Assembly: GCA_023898585.1 (NCBI GenBank)
Contig: CP060229.1
Coordinates: 205,388-245,706, forward strand
Source of the DNA: Candidatus Nomurabacteria bacterium
GTDB taxonomy: Bacteria > Patescibacteriota > Minisyncoccia > Phycocordibacterales > UBA918
DNA: 40,319 nucleotides
Reading direction: 5' to 3'
A program made the translations under genes and the position numbers. Numbering within the stretch: the first letter of the stretch is position 1; every line of letters starts with the position of its first letter. Below, piece by piece: positions 17,866 through 26,383 of the stretch. The notes under the pieces were generated by a model, which was not told where the DNA came from, searched no databases, and saw only the letters and a program-made list of their open reading frames with translations.

Positions 17866-20034
17866 TTAACCTTCGTTTGAAATTCCCCTCGCCTTCTTTA
17901 TATCTTCCGCCACATTTGGTGGTACGACTTCGTAATGATCGAATTCCATGGTCATGGAAGCGCGACCTTGAGTCATGGATCTCAATGTATTGGTGTAACC
18001 AAACATTTCAGAAAGCGGAACCTTTGCGTTAACAATAGTCTTACCGCCAAGTTCCTCAGAAGCTTCGATCATTCCTCGTTTTGAGTTGATGTTTCCATTG
18101 ATGTCACCCATGTACTCTTCCGGAGTTCTAACTTCCACTTTCATAATCGGCTCCAGAATGACAGCATTGGCTCGCTTAGCTGCTTGATTGAAAGCATTGA
18201 TACCGGCCAGCTTAAAGGCAATTTCTGAAGAGTCAACTTCGTGATACGAACCATCGTAAAGCTCTACCGACACGTCTTCCATTTTGTAGCCGGCCACCTG
18301 TCCTCGATTCATAGCCTCCTTACAACCTTTCATTACTGCAGGAATATATTCTTGCGGAACAACTCCTCCCTTAATACTGTTAATGAATTCGAAATGATCT
18401 TCTCTGATGATGTTTTTAGCGATTTTCGCGTCTGGATCTGCCAACGGTTCAAGTGGCTTGATACGAATCTTAACGTGACCGTATTGTCCGCGTCCACCCG
18501 ATTGTTTAACGTATTTCTCTTCTCCTTCCGCTTCACGCTGAATAGTTTCACGATAGGCAACTTGTGGCTTGCCGATATTCGCCTCAACGCCAAACTCCCT
18601 CTTCATTCGATCAACCAAAATGTCCAGGTGAAGTTCACCCATACCGGCGATAATAGTTTCGAGCGTCTCTTCGTCGGTAGAAACCTTGAAGGTTGGATCT
18701 TCGTCAGCCAATCGCTTCAGAGCAACGCCCATTTTTTCTTGGTCATTTTTTGTTTTAGGTTCAACTCGAACAGCCACCACCGGCTCAGGGAAAGTGATAG
18801 TCTCAAGCAGTATGGGAGCATCGAGATCACACAAAGTATGTGAGGTTTTTACTTCTTTGATTCCGACCACAGCGGCAATTTCTCCGGCGTAAACTTCCTC
18901 AACTTCTTCTCGTTTGTCAGCCATCAAACGTACGATACGCCCGACTCGCTCTTTATTTCCGGTTGATGAGTTCAATATGTATGTGCCAGATTTAACTACT
19001 CCGGAATACACTCGGAAGAATGCCAACTGACCGACAAATTTGTCATCTTGGAGTTTAAACACGAGAGCACTGAAAGGCTCTTCGTCGGAAGCTTTTCTGG
19101 TCACGGTTATTTCTTCGTCTTTAGGATCGTGTCCGGCAGTATCAGGTAGGTCAAGTGGTGAAGGAAGATAATCAACCACCGCATCCAAGACAAGTTGTAC
19201 CCCGATGTTCTGGAGAGCGGTTCCGGTCATAACCGGGAAAATCTCATTGGCTAACACCGCTTTTCTAAGTGTTTTTTTGATTTCCTCATTGGTGGGCTCG
19301 GTTCCCTCAAGAAAAGCTTCCATCAATGAGTCATCATGTTCAACCACTCGCTCTATCAGTTCCGCTCGACGTTTCTTGGCTTCTGCCAAAAATTCTTCAG
19401 GTATTTCCTCCTCGGTCACTTGCATACCCATCTCGCCACCAAAGGTGTAAGACTTCATGGTTATGAGGTCTACTACTCCTCGCATGTTGTTTTCCGCCCC
19501 CATCGGAATTTGAATTCGACAGGCTTTTTTGGAAAGACGGTCCTCGATCGATTTGACCGAAGCATCAAAGTCAGCACCGAGCTTGTCCATCTTGTTTATG
19601 AAACATATTCGAGGTACTTGTGCCTCATCAGCATAACCCCAGTTGGTTTCGGTTTGTGGCTCCACTCCCGCCGCTCCGTCAAACACCACCACCGCTCCAT
19701 CCAAAACACGCATGGACCGTTTTACCTCAGCGGTAAAGTCAATGTGTCCGGGGGTGTCGATAATATTGAATGTGTATTTCAGCTCCTTGCTTGTTCTGTC
19801 AGTCTCAAGGGTCTTGGTCCAGTTACAAGAAATCGCGGCCGCGGTGATAGTAATACCTCTTTCTCGTTCTTGTTCCATCCAGTCGGTAACGGTTGCACCG
19901 TCATGAACTTCACCGATTTTGTGACTCATTCCGGTATAGAAAAGAATACGCTCTGAAGTTGTAGTTTTACCCGCATCTACGTGAGCGACAATGCCGAAGT
20001 TGCGTAATTTTGCGAGAGGAAATGCTCGTGCCAT
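17866..20034 (-). CDS. fusA: Elongation factor G
   Basis: 722 aa with AHVDAGKTT, DTPGHIDF and NKMD motifs and EF-G domains II-V. Confidence 0.98.
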   Translation of the reverse strand: MARAFPLAKLRNFGIVAHVDAGKTTTSERILFYTGMSHKIGEVHDGATVTDWMEQERERGITITAAAISCNWTKTLETDRTSKELKYTFNIIDTPGHIDFTAEVKRSMRVLDGAVVVFDGAAGVEPQTETNWGYADEAQVPRICFINKMDKLGADFDASVKSIEDRLSKKACRIQIPMGAENNMRGVVDLITMKSYTFGGEMGMQVTEEEIPEEFLAEAKKRRAELIERVVEHDDSLMEAFLEGTEPTNEEIKKTLRKAVLANEIFPVMTGTALQNIGVQLVLDAVVDYLPSPLDLPDTAGHDPKDEEITVTRKASDEEPFSALVFKLQDDKFVGQLAFFRVYSGVVKSGTYILNSSTGNKERVGRIVRLMADKREEVEEVYAGEIAAVVGIKEVKTSHTLCDLDAPILLETITFPEPVVAVRVEPKTKNDQEKMGVALKRLADEDPTFKVSTDEETLETIIAGMGELHLDILVDRMKREFGVEANIGKPQVAYRETIQREAEGEEKYVKQSGGRGQYGHVKIRIKPLEPLADPDAKIAKNIIREDHFEFINSIKGGVVPQEYIPAVMKGCKEAMNRGQVAGYKMEDVSVELYDGSYHEVDSSEIAFKLAGINAFNQAAKRANAVILEPIMKVEVRTPEEYMGDINGNINSKRGMIEASEELGGKTIVNAKVPLSEMFGYTNTLRSMTQGRASMTMEFDHYEVVPPNVAEDIKKARGISNEG

Positions 20035-20171
20035 AAAATAATAATTATTTACTTTTTTAATTGTGTATAAATTTACCTTCCTTGTGCTTCACCTGCGAGA
20101 GATGGAATAGCAAAATTGCCCGAAGGCAAGGTGGCGATACTATACGCTAAAGACTGCAAATCAGCAACCTT

Positions 20172-20210
20172 AAAACGGGGGCGAGAAGCTTCGCTTCTCG
20201 CCCCCGTTTT
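20172..20210 (-). terminator. Strong terminator after gdhA
   Basis: 18 bp stem aaaacgggggcgagaagc / gcttctcgcccccgtttt. A second small UUCG hairpin (ttgcc-ttcg-ggcaa on the minus strand, about 20120-20140) follows. Confidence 0.8.
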
Positions 20211-20222
20211 ACACCAACTCCC

Positions 20223-21542
20223 CTACCAACCCAATTTTTTCATCGCACTCATGACTCTTTGCAATCCGGCCACGTTGGCGCCCATGACATAATCAATTCC
20301 TTTGTCTGTCTTTCCGTATTTAACACATTGGGTGTGTATGTGTCCCATGATTCTCTGTAGCTCAGACTCAATTCGTTCACAGTCCCAGTAATAATGACCG
20401 GCGTTTTGAGCCATCTCAATACCAGATACTGAGACTCCCCCGGCATTCGCCGCCTTGCCCTGGGCATATAAAACTTTACTTTTTTGCACCGTTGCCACCG
20501 CTTTGTCAGTCAAAGGCATGTTAGCTCCTTCCACTATCATCTTGGCCGTTTTGACCATTATCTCTGCGTCATTTTCAGAGACTTCATTCTGAGTTGCACA
20601 AGGGAAGTAGGCATCAGCCGGCACCTCCCAAGGTTTGCCTGACCGAAAGTCAGCTTCGGGGATTTTAACTTCTGACAGTTGCCGATATTCCGCCTTAGTC
20701 TTCTGCACCTTTTCAATATCAGAATTGCTGAACCCGCTTTTCTTATATATGTACCCCCCGCGATCAGACAGAGTCAAAACAGTAACGCCCAGTTCATTCA
20801 ACTTACGCGCGGTATACTGAGCAACATTTCCGGAGCCGGAAACTACGGCAGTCAGCCCCTTCAAATCAAATCCATGGTACTTGGCCATTTCTTCGGCAAA
20901 GTAGACCACGCCATGACCGGTTGCTTCCGTACGCCTACAAGACCCGCCAAACAATTCATCTTTACCAGTGAGAGCACCTTCGTTTGAATTTGTGATTTGT
21001 TTATAAGCACCATAAAGATAACCGATTTCTCGAGCTCCCACTCCCATGTCACCAGCCGGTACATCTCTGTCGATTCCTATGTGTCTCTGTAATTCCAACA
21101 TAAACGCCCGGCTGAACGATCGAACTTCCGCGTCGCTCTTACCCTTGGGATCAAAATCACTACCGCCTTTACCACCACCAAGCGGAAGTCCCGTGAGGGC
21201 ATTTTTAAACACTTGTTCGAAACCGAGAAACTTCAGTACGTCTTCGTTCACTGATGGATCGAGTCGCAAACCTCCTTTATAGGGACCGATGGCGGAGTTG
21301 TACTGAACACGATAACCGGTGTTACTTTGCATAGAACCAGAATCATCAAGCCAATCAATCCTGAAAGAAATGATCCGTTCCGGTTCAATCAGGCGTCGAA
21401 GACGTGAGTAATCTTCGACACTATTTAAATTGGATTCGATATAAGGTTGTACGCTTAAAAGAAATTCTTCCACCGCCTGCACAAAAGTAACCTGATAACC
21501 ATAGCGTTCCTTAACTTCGGTAATTATTTGTTTGATTGACAT
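20223..21542 (-). CDS. gdhA: NADP-type glutamate dehydrogenase
   Basis: 439 aa. ..KGGLRLDPSVNEDVLKFLGFEQVFKNALTGLPLGGGKGGSDFDPKGKSD.. is the Glu/Leu/Phe/Val dehydrogenase active-site region. Confidence 0.93.
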   Translation of the reverse strand: MSIKQIITEVKERYGYQVTFVQAVEEFLLSVQPYIESNLNSVEDYSRLRRLIEPERIISFRIDWLDDSGSMQSNTGYRVQYNSAIGPYKGGLRLDPSVNEDVLKFLGFEQVFKNALTGLPLGGGKGGSDFDPKGKSDAEVRSFSRAFMLELQRHIGIDRDVPAGDMGVGAREIGYLYGAYKQITNSNEGALTGKDELFGGSCRRTEATGHGVVYFAEEMAKYHGFDLKGLTAVVSGSGNVAQYTARKLNELGVTVLTLSDRGGYIYKKSGFSNSDIEKVQKTKAEYRQLSEVKIPEADFRSGKPWEVPADAYFPCATQNEVSENDAEIMVKTAKMIVEGANMPLTDKAVATVQKSKVLYAQGKAANAGGVSVSGIEMAQNAGHYYWDCERIESELQRIMGHIHTQCVKYGKTDKGIDYVMGANVAGLQRVMSAMKKLGW

Positions 21543-21721
21543 GTTTCTATGTAAACTGATTTATAAATAATGATAACTATAGTACTGCAACCAATCTGTA
21601 TGTAGCAAGCACGAGAATGTGATTGATTTTAAGTCTTGGCCTATGTCTTATTTCTGATAAACTGAAAACACTAACCGGACTTATTAAATCTGCTAAAGTA
21701 TTCTTCGCATAAAATCAGTTT

Positions 21722-23806
21722 ATGAAAAAACAATCATACGACGTTGTGGTAATAGGAGCCGGGTCCGGCGGACTCACAGCCTCGGTCGGGTTTTCCAAAA
21801 TCGGCAAACGAGTTCTCTTGGTAGAACGCGAACACATGGGAGGAGAGTGCACCAACACCGGTTGTATTCCAAGCAAAGCGCTCTTACATAGAGCGAAGGA
21901 ATATTATCTAGCGACGAGGGTCGGTGGGGTCGGTGCGAAAAGCGAAGCTTTTCGCACCGAAACCTTTCCTTACGTAAGGAATGTGATAATCGAAACTTTA
22001 GCCGAGGAAACTCCTGAAACATTTAAAAAACTTGGTATAGATGTAATCAAAGGAGAGGCTGTCTTTCACACTCCTTGCTCGATCAAAGTAAATGAAACTG
22101 AGTACTCATATAAAAACGCCATCATCGCGACCGGTTCAAGTCCTCGCATGATTGAAGTTCCCGGTTTAAATCAAAACGACATCCTCACCAATCAAAACAT
22201 TTTTAATCTTGAAACAGTTCCGGAAAAAACTTTAGTCATTGGCGCCGGCCCGATCGGTCTTGAAATGGGCCAAGCCTTCTCCATGCTCGGTAGTCAAGTG
22301 ACCATCGCCACCATAGACGACGTGTTCGGTCGGCTCGAAGATAGAGCAATAAGACCAATCCTGAGAGAGAATTTTGAAAAACTGGGAGTAAGAATTCTTC
22401 TTAATGCCTTTATTAACAGAGTTAGAAACAACGTCGCCGTCTTTGATATCAAAGACGGCGACGTTGTTCTCCGAGAAGAACTCGTCGAGTTTGATAAAGT
22501 TCTGATCGCCATCGGAAGAACCCCCAACTTCCCGCAAGGACTCGATGTTGCTGGTATAAAATTCGATCAGCGTTGTATTCAGGTTGACAGCCAATACCGG
22601 ACATCAAATAAATACGTATTCGCGATCGGTGATGTTTCACAAAAGTTAAAATTCACTCACACGGCCGACGACACGGCAAGACAAGTGGTGGCTCGTATCG
22701 CCAGTAAAGGCTTGTTGAGAATTAACAAAAACAAAGCGGTTCCGAAAGTGACTTATACCTACCCGGAAGTGGCTCAGGTCGGCTTATCATTCGAAGACGC
22801 AGTGCGAGAATATGGAGAGGAGCGTCTAATGAGAATCGAAGTGCCTTTCACCCAAAACGATCGAGCAAAAACTGACAATGTTACCAAAGACGGTATGCTG
22901 GTCGTGATTGCCAGACGCCTCAACGGTAATATATTGGGCGCCAACATAATGGGACCCGGCGCGGGTGAAATGATCGCCATGTACACTCTCGCTATAGACC
23001 AAAAAATCTCACTTTGGAAATTGCAAAAATTAATCTTTGCCTACCCAACTTATTCTCTAATTATCAAAAAGGCCGGTGACCAATTTGTAGGAAAGCAACT
23101 TACAGATTTCAAAATTGATTTGATGCACTTGTTGAAAAGAGGCGCTCCGAAAATAGTCGCTTTGTTTTTTTGGGGAGCACTTGTTTATTCATTCCAACAC
23201 TATCGTATTGCTGGTGGTTATTCCTATCAAGATGTTCTTTTTCAACTACTTGAATTCTTCACCAGTACCATGTGGGGACCGCTGGTGTTTATGACACTTT
23301 ACGCACTTCGACCCCTGATACTTTTCCCAGCAACTCTTTTGACTGCTTTGTCTGGAGCTTTATTCGGCTTTTGGTGGGGTGTGCTTTACACGATTTTAGG
23401 AGAAAACGCTTCAGCTAATTTTGCTTATTGGATTGGTCGCTATTTTGGCAAAGACCTCAGACTTGAAGACACAGTGATCGGTAACTGGGTTGAGGCCTTA
23501 CGCAAGAATTCTTTTGAGACAGTTTTGTTGATGAGACTTTTTTACGTGCCGTTTGATCTGACCAACTACGGCTCAGGGATTGTACAAGCTAAGTGGCGAG
23601 AATACTTCTTTGCCACCCTCATCGGTATTATGCCCGGCCTAACTACTTTTGTAGCATTAGGCGCAGCTGTCGACATCAAGGAATTTCAGATGAACGGTTT
23701 ATCATTCAACGCTTTTGATCCGAAATTCTTAGCTCTTTCTGTAGCAATATTTGTTGTGTCTTTGGTTCTATCGAGAGCCCTGAAACGTTGGAAAGCTGAA
23801 ATGTGA
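21722..23806 (+). CDS. Fusion protein: class I pyridine-nucleotide disulfide oxidoreductase (about aa 1-460) plus a DedA/VTT (TVP38/TMEM64) membrane domain
   Basis: N-terminal FAD-binding motif VVVIGAGSGG, the redox-active CTNTGC pair, a second Rossmann motif and a dimerisation region. The C-terminal ~230 aa are multi-TM with DedA/VTT-like character. Confidence 0.85.
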   Translation: MKKQSYDVVVIGAGSGGLTASVGFSKIGKRVLLVEREHMGGECTNTGCIPSKALLHRAKEYYLATRVGGVGAKSEAFRTETFPYVRNVIIETLAEETPETFKKLGIDVIKGEAVFHTPCSIKVNETEYSYKNAIIATGSSPRMIEVPGLNQNDILTNQNIFNLETVPEKTLVIGAGPIGLEMGQAFSMLGSQVTIATIDDVFGRLEDRAIRPILRENFEKLGVRILLNAFINRVRNNVAVFDIKDGDVVLREELVEFDKVLIAIGRTPNFPQGLDVAGIKFDQRCIQVDSQYRTSNKYVFAIGDVSQKLKFTHTADDTARQVVARIASKGLLRINKNKAVPKVTYTYPEVAQVGLSFEDAVREYGEERLMRIEVPFTQNDRAKTDNVTKDGMLVVIARRLNGNILGANIMGPGAGEMIAMYTLAIDQKISLWKLQKLIFAYPTYSLIIKKAGDQFVGKQLTDFKIDLMHLLKRGAPKIVALFFWGALVYSFQHYRIAGGYSYQDVLFQLLEFFTSTMWGPLVFMTLYALRPLILFPATLLTALSGALFGFWWGVLYTILGENASANFAYWIGRYFGKDLRLEDTVIGNWVEALRKNSFETVLLMRLFYVPFDLTNYGSGIVQAKWREYFFATLIGIMPGLTTFVALGAAVDIKEFQMNGLSFNAFDPKFLALSVAIFVVSLVLSRALKRWKAEM

Positions 23807-23829
23807 TCCAAAAAGAGTCCCTGCACCAT

Positions 23830-24429
23830 TTACAAAGCAAAATCGACTTTCTTTGCCACCTGCTCCATTCGTGCAACCAAGAACGGGATTTTAATTTTGG
23901 GACTGGAATATTTCAAAAATTCATACGTTAGCCCTTTCTTGTTGTATCTATGCTCGTAATCGAAGGCTAAAAGTATGGCTTGAAATTTCTCTATTTGCCG
24001 ACAATGTTGTGCGACAATATCATCTGAATTTTCATATCTGTCATAAAGAGCAGAGATTTCACCTCCATGAGAAAGGGCTCTGCATAATTTCTTCATCGCC
24101 TCTGCCTCTGTTATTTTTTTGTTCTTCATCTGTTCGGTTGCGTCAGGCTCGTCTCCTAAGATCACCTGATCTCCGGTTATGACTTCGGGCCAATCATGGA
24201 CCTCTATCATCTTCAAAAGCTCGATGTACTCATCCTCTGTTAACGACATGTCATCTCTCCATTCCACAGCCAGTCTTATCACCGACATTACGTGTTCATA
24301 GACTGTCTCAGGATTGGGAACTTTCCACTGCAACCACCCTGTCCTTGGTATGGACTTTAATTTTGACCAAATTTCTTCAGTTTCTTCAACAAAAAAAAGT
24401 TTGTCTGGATTCACATTTAATATTTTCAT
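23830..24429 (-). CDS. HD-domain phosphohydrolase (YfbR-like 5'-nucleotidase type)
   Basis: ..VYEHVMSV.. and ..EVHDWPEVITGD.. give the H..HD..D metal-binding pattern. Confidence 0.75.
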   Translation of the reverse strand: MKILNVNPDKLFFVEETEEIWSKLKSIPRTGWLQWKVPNPETVYEHVMSVIRLAVEWRDDMSLTEDEYIELLKMIEVHDWPEVITGDQVILGDEPDATEQMKNKKITEAEAMKKLCRALSHGGEISALYDRYENSDDIVAQHCRQIEKFQAILLAFDYEHRYNKKGLTYEFLKYSSPKIKIPFLVARMEQVAKKVDFAL

Positions 24430-24456
24430 ATTCGCACAAAACTCGTTTTTTGTATA

Positions 24457-24729
24457 CTAAATATTGATTGTCACTGAAAATTCGATCTCATCTCCCGCTT
24501 CAATTTTCTCAGCTTTTCTGACCATTGCTTTGACTGGCAAAATATATGAGCCGGAGGTTTTCTCGGGAAAAATCGATGTCTTCCAGACAGTCTTACCGAT
24601 TGTCACTTCGACCGGAAGCGAGCCGAAACCTCGACTGTTCTTGGCGAATTTATCTTTTATCATTTGTCCAACCTTTTTACTTATCGGGACGAAGTGCCAA
24701 GACCCTGCCTCAGTCGACCAGACAAACAT
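24457..24729 (-). CDS. Small DUF1905-like protein (90 aa)
   Basis: MFVWSTEAGSWHFVPISKKV..LPVEVTIGKTVWKTSIFP..SYILPVKAMVRK resembles DUF1905 proteins. The longer ORF-track start would overlap the upstream small gene. Confidence 0.6.
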   Translation of the reverse strand: MFVWSTEAGSWHFVPISKKVGQMIKDKFAKNSRGFGSLPVEVTIGKTVWKTSIFPEKTSGSYILPVKAMVRKAEKIEAGDEIEFSVTINI

Positions 24730-24770
24730 CTTTCCAACCAGCTTGTAGTTGAACGATTTTTTCACGATTC

Positions 24771-24983
24771 TTATATTAGACCTTCCAAACCGGACAATGC
24801 TGATGTATATGAACTTATAAAAGCAGGAATAGCGAAAGCAAGCAATATTATCGGTAATACCACAACGACAATCGTCGTCCAAAAAGTCCACCTCATATAC
24901 TTCTCGGTTTTTTTAACCGATTGGAGTATCTGATCGATTTTAATTTCTTGTTCGTCTAGTCTGGTTCTTGTGTCAGGTTCCAT
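24771..24983 (-). CDS. Small membrane protein (70 aa)
   Basis: ORF with one clear TM helix (..WTTIVVVVLPIILLAFAIPAFI..). Confidence 0.5.
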   Translation of the reverse strand: MEPDTRTRLDEQEIKIDQILQSVKKTEKYMRWTFWTTIVVVVLPIILLAFAIPAFISSYTSALSGLEGLI

Positions 24984-25030
24984 AAGAATATTTTAAATTG
25001 TATTGTCGAATATCTATTATTGTAGCAGGT

Positions 25031-25067
25031 AACAAAGAGGCCGGCCCTCCGGGCCGGCCTCTTTGTT
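25031..25067. terminator. Strong GC hairpin terminator
   Basis: Perfect 17 bp stem aacaaagaggccggccc / gggccggcctctttgtt. Confidence 0.8.
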
Positions 25068-25250
25068 ATTATTTCTTTGCTGTCTTTTTTGGCTTCTTTA
25101 CTTCCTTCTTCATGTCTTGTCCTTTTGACATCGTATTAAAAACTGGAGGTATTACTGAGCTCCAGACAATCTTATTATATACGTTGTTAAAAAAATTCAA
25201 ATAGTGGACAAGCTGTTGGTAATTTACTTTCAGTGTTAAGATTTAATCAT

Positions 25251-25529
25251 ATGGAAGAAAACGAAATCGTATCACAAAATACCGTCAGAACTGAAACTGC
25301 CCCGCAAACTGACCGCCTGATAGATGTTCTAAAAAGCTTGGAAGGTCACATAAAGGAACAAAACTCATTTAAATACTCTTTATTCAGAGGAATGGCCTAT
25401 GGTCTTGGCACCGTAATTGGAGCCACTGTACTAGTCGCACTTTTTGGTGGAATAATCGCGACCACCTTGAGTACTCTGACAGGTAATCCGGTCGGGACGG
25501 AATTATTGGAAAAAAACAGTCAGCCTTAA
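25251..25529 (+). CDS. Small membrane protein (92 aa)
   Basis: Starts MEENEIV..; C-terminal TM segment ..GLGTVIGATVLVALFGGIIATTL... Confidence 0.55.
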   Translation: MEENEIVSQNTVRTETAPQTDRLIDVLKSLEGHIKEQNSFKYSLFRGMAYGLGTVIGATVLVALFGGIIATTLSTLTGNPVGTELLEKNSQP

Positions 25530-25530
25530 T

Positions 25531-25836
25531 TTAATTTGACTCTGCCCATGTTATGAGATTGTTTTTCTCTTTCTTGGACAACTGCTTGATTTCGTATTCG
25601 CGTCGCATAGCTTCACTTCTGGTATTGAATTTCTCAGCATGAACTAACGTTACCGGACGTTTTGATCGAGTGTACTTGGCCCCAACCAAACGGGACTTCG
25701 TTATTCCTTTTTCTCCATTATGTTCTTTGACTCTTTTGTCGATATTTGTTGTGTATCCAGTATAAAAAGAACCATCGGCACAGCGAAGAATATAGACAAA
25801 ATAAAACTTGTCGTCTTTTGTTTTATTATTCTTCAT
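25531..25836 (-). CDS. GIY-YIG nuclease family protein (small, stand-alone)
   Basis: ..FYFVYILRCADGSFYTGYTTNIDKRVKEHN.. is the GIY-YIG motif. Confidence 0.85.
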   Translation of the reverse strand: MKNNKTKDDKFYFVYILRCADGSFYTGYTTNIDKRVKEHNGEKGITKSRLVGAKYTRSKRPVTLVHAEKFNTRSEAMRREYEIKQLSKKEKNNLITWAESN

Positions 25837-26131
25837 CTTTCTTTTTGCCCCACTGCCATTTTAGAGGTTCACCCGTTCGCCACATCACAGCAAGGAACAA
25901 AAGAGTGGCTACGACAATCAACACAATGATGTGCACAGATGCCGAACTTACATAAAAATTTCTCATGTCCGAGAAATGAAAAACACCGATTATGAATAAT
26001 ATGTAGGAAAAAATCGTTATCCAACCAGCCGGCTTAGCGGGAGTCCAACCCAATCCGTACCTTTTCCGCTTAAACCAATACCCGTTTGGATTATCTCTCA
26101 GATATTCGACATGATCATTCCAAAGTTTCAT
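25826..26131 (-). CDS. Small membrane protein (101 aa)
   Basis: Two TM helices. It overlaps the GIY-YIG gene start by 11 nt, which suggests translational coupling. Confidence 0.6.
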   Translation of the reverse strand: MKLWNDHVEYLRDNPNGYWFKRKRYGLGWTPAKPAGWITIFSYILFIIGVFHFSDMRNFYVSSASVHIIVLIVVATLLFLAVMWRTGEPLKWQWGKKKDEE

Positions 26132-26195
26132 AAAAACAGTATGGACCGGGCACGATTTTCTGTAAAGCGAGACTTTGATCTGTCTACTTCTTTTT

Positions 26196-26383
26196 AGAAA
26201 CTGTCTGAAGTCTCATCGGAGTCCAAAGTGGCTAAAAATATGTGTGAGAGACAAGCTGGAGCACGAGGCATATCGGGATATGTTGAGTGCGAAGCGTAGT
26301 CTCTCGCTCATATTTTTAGCTACGACGACCCGAAATGAATTAAAATAACAATTATTTTCATGGTGAGACTTCAGACAGTTTCT
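26196..26383. repeat. Nested inverted-repeat element (20-bp perfect outer arms plus an inner long hairpin)
   Basis: agaaactgtctgaagtctca (26196-26215) is the exact reverse complement of 26364-26383. The inner imperfect stem is gctaaaaatatgtgtgagagac (26231-26252) / gtctctcgctcatatttttagc (26299-26320). Confidence 0.7.

Noticed and set aside
18241-19956. Several 80-206-aa ORFs on the + strand and in other minus frames inside fusA (18241-18843, 19336-19956 and others). Similar ORFs occur inside tuf, gdhA, rpsC, rplD and the ABC-F gene.
   Set aside because: They are fully embedded in confidently identified conserved genes and have low-complexity or nonsense-like translations, so they are shadow ORFs.
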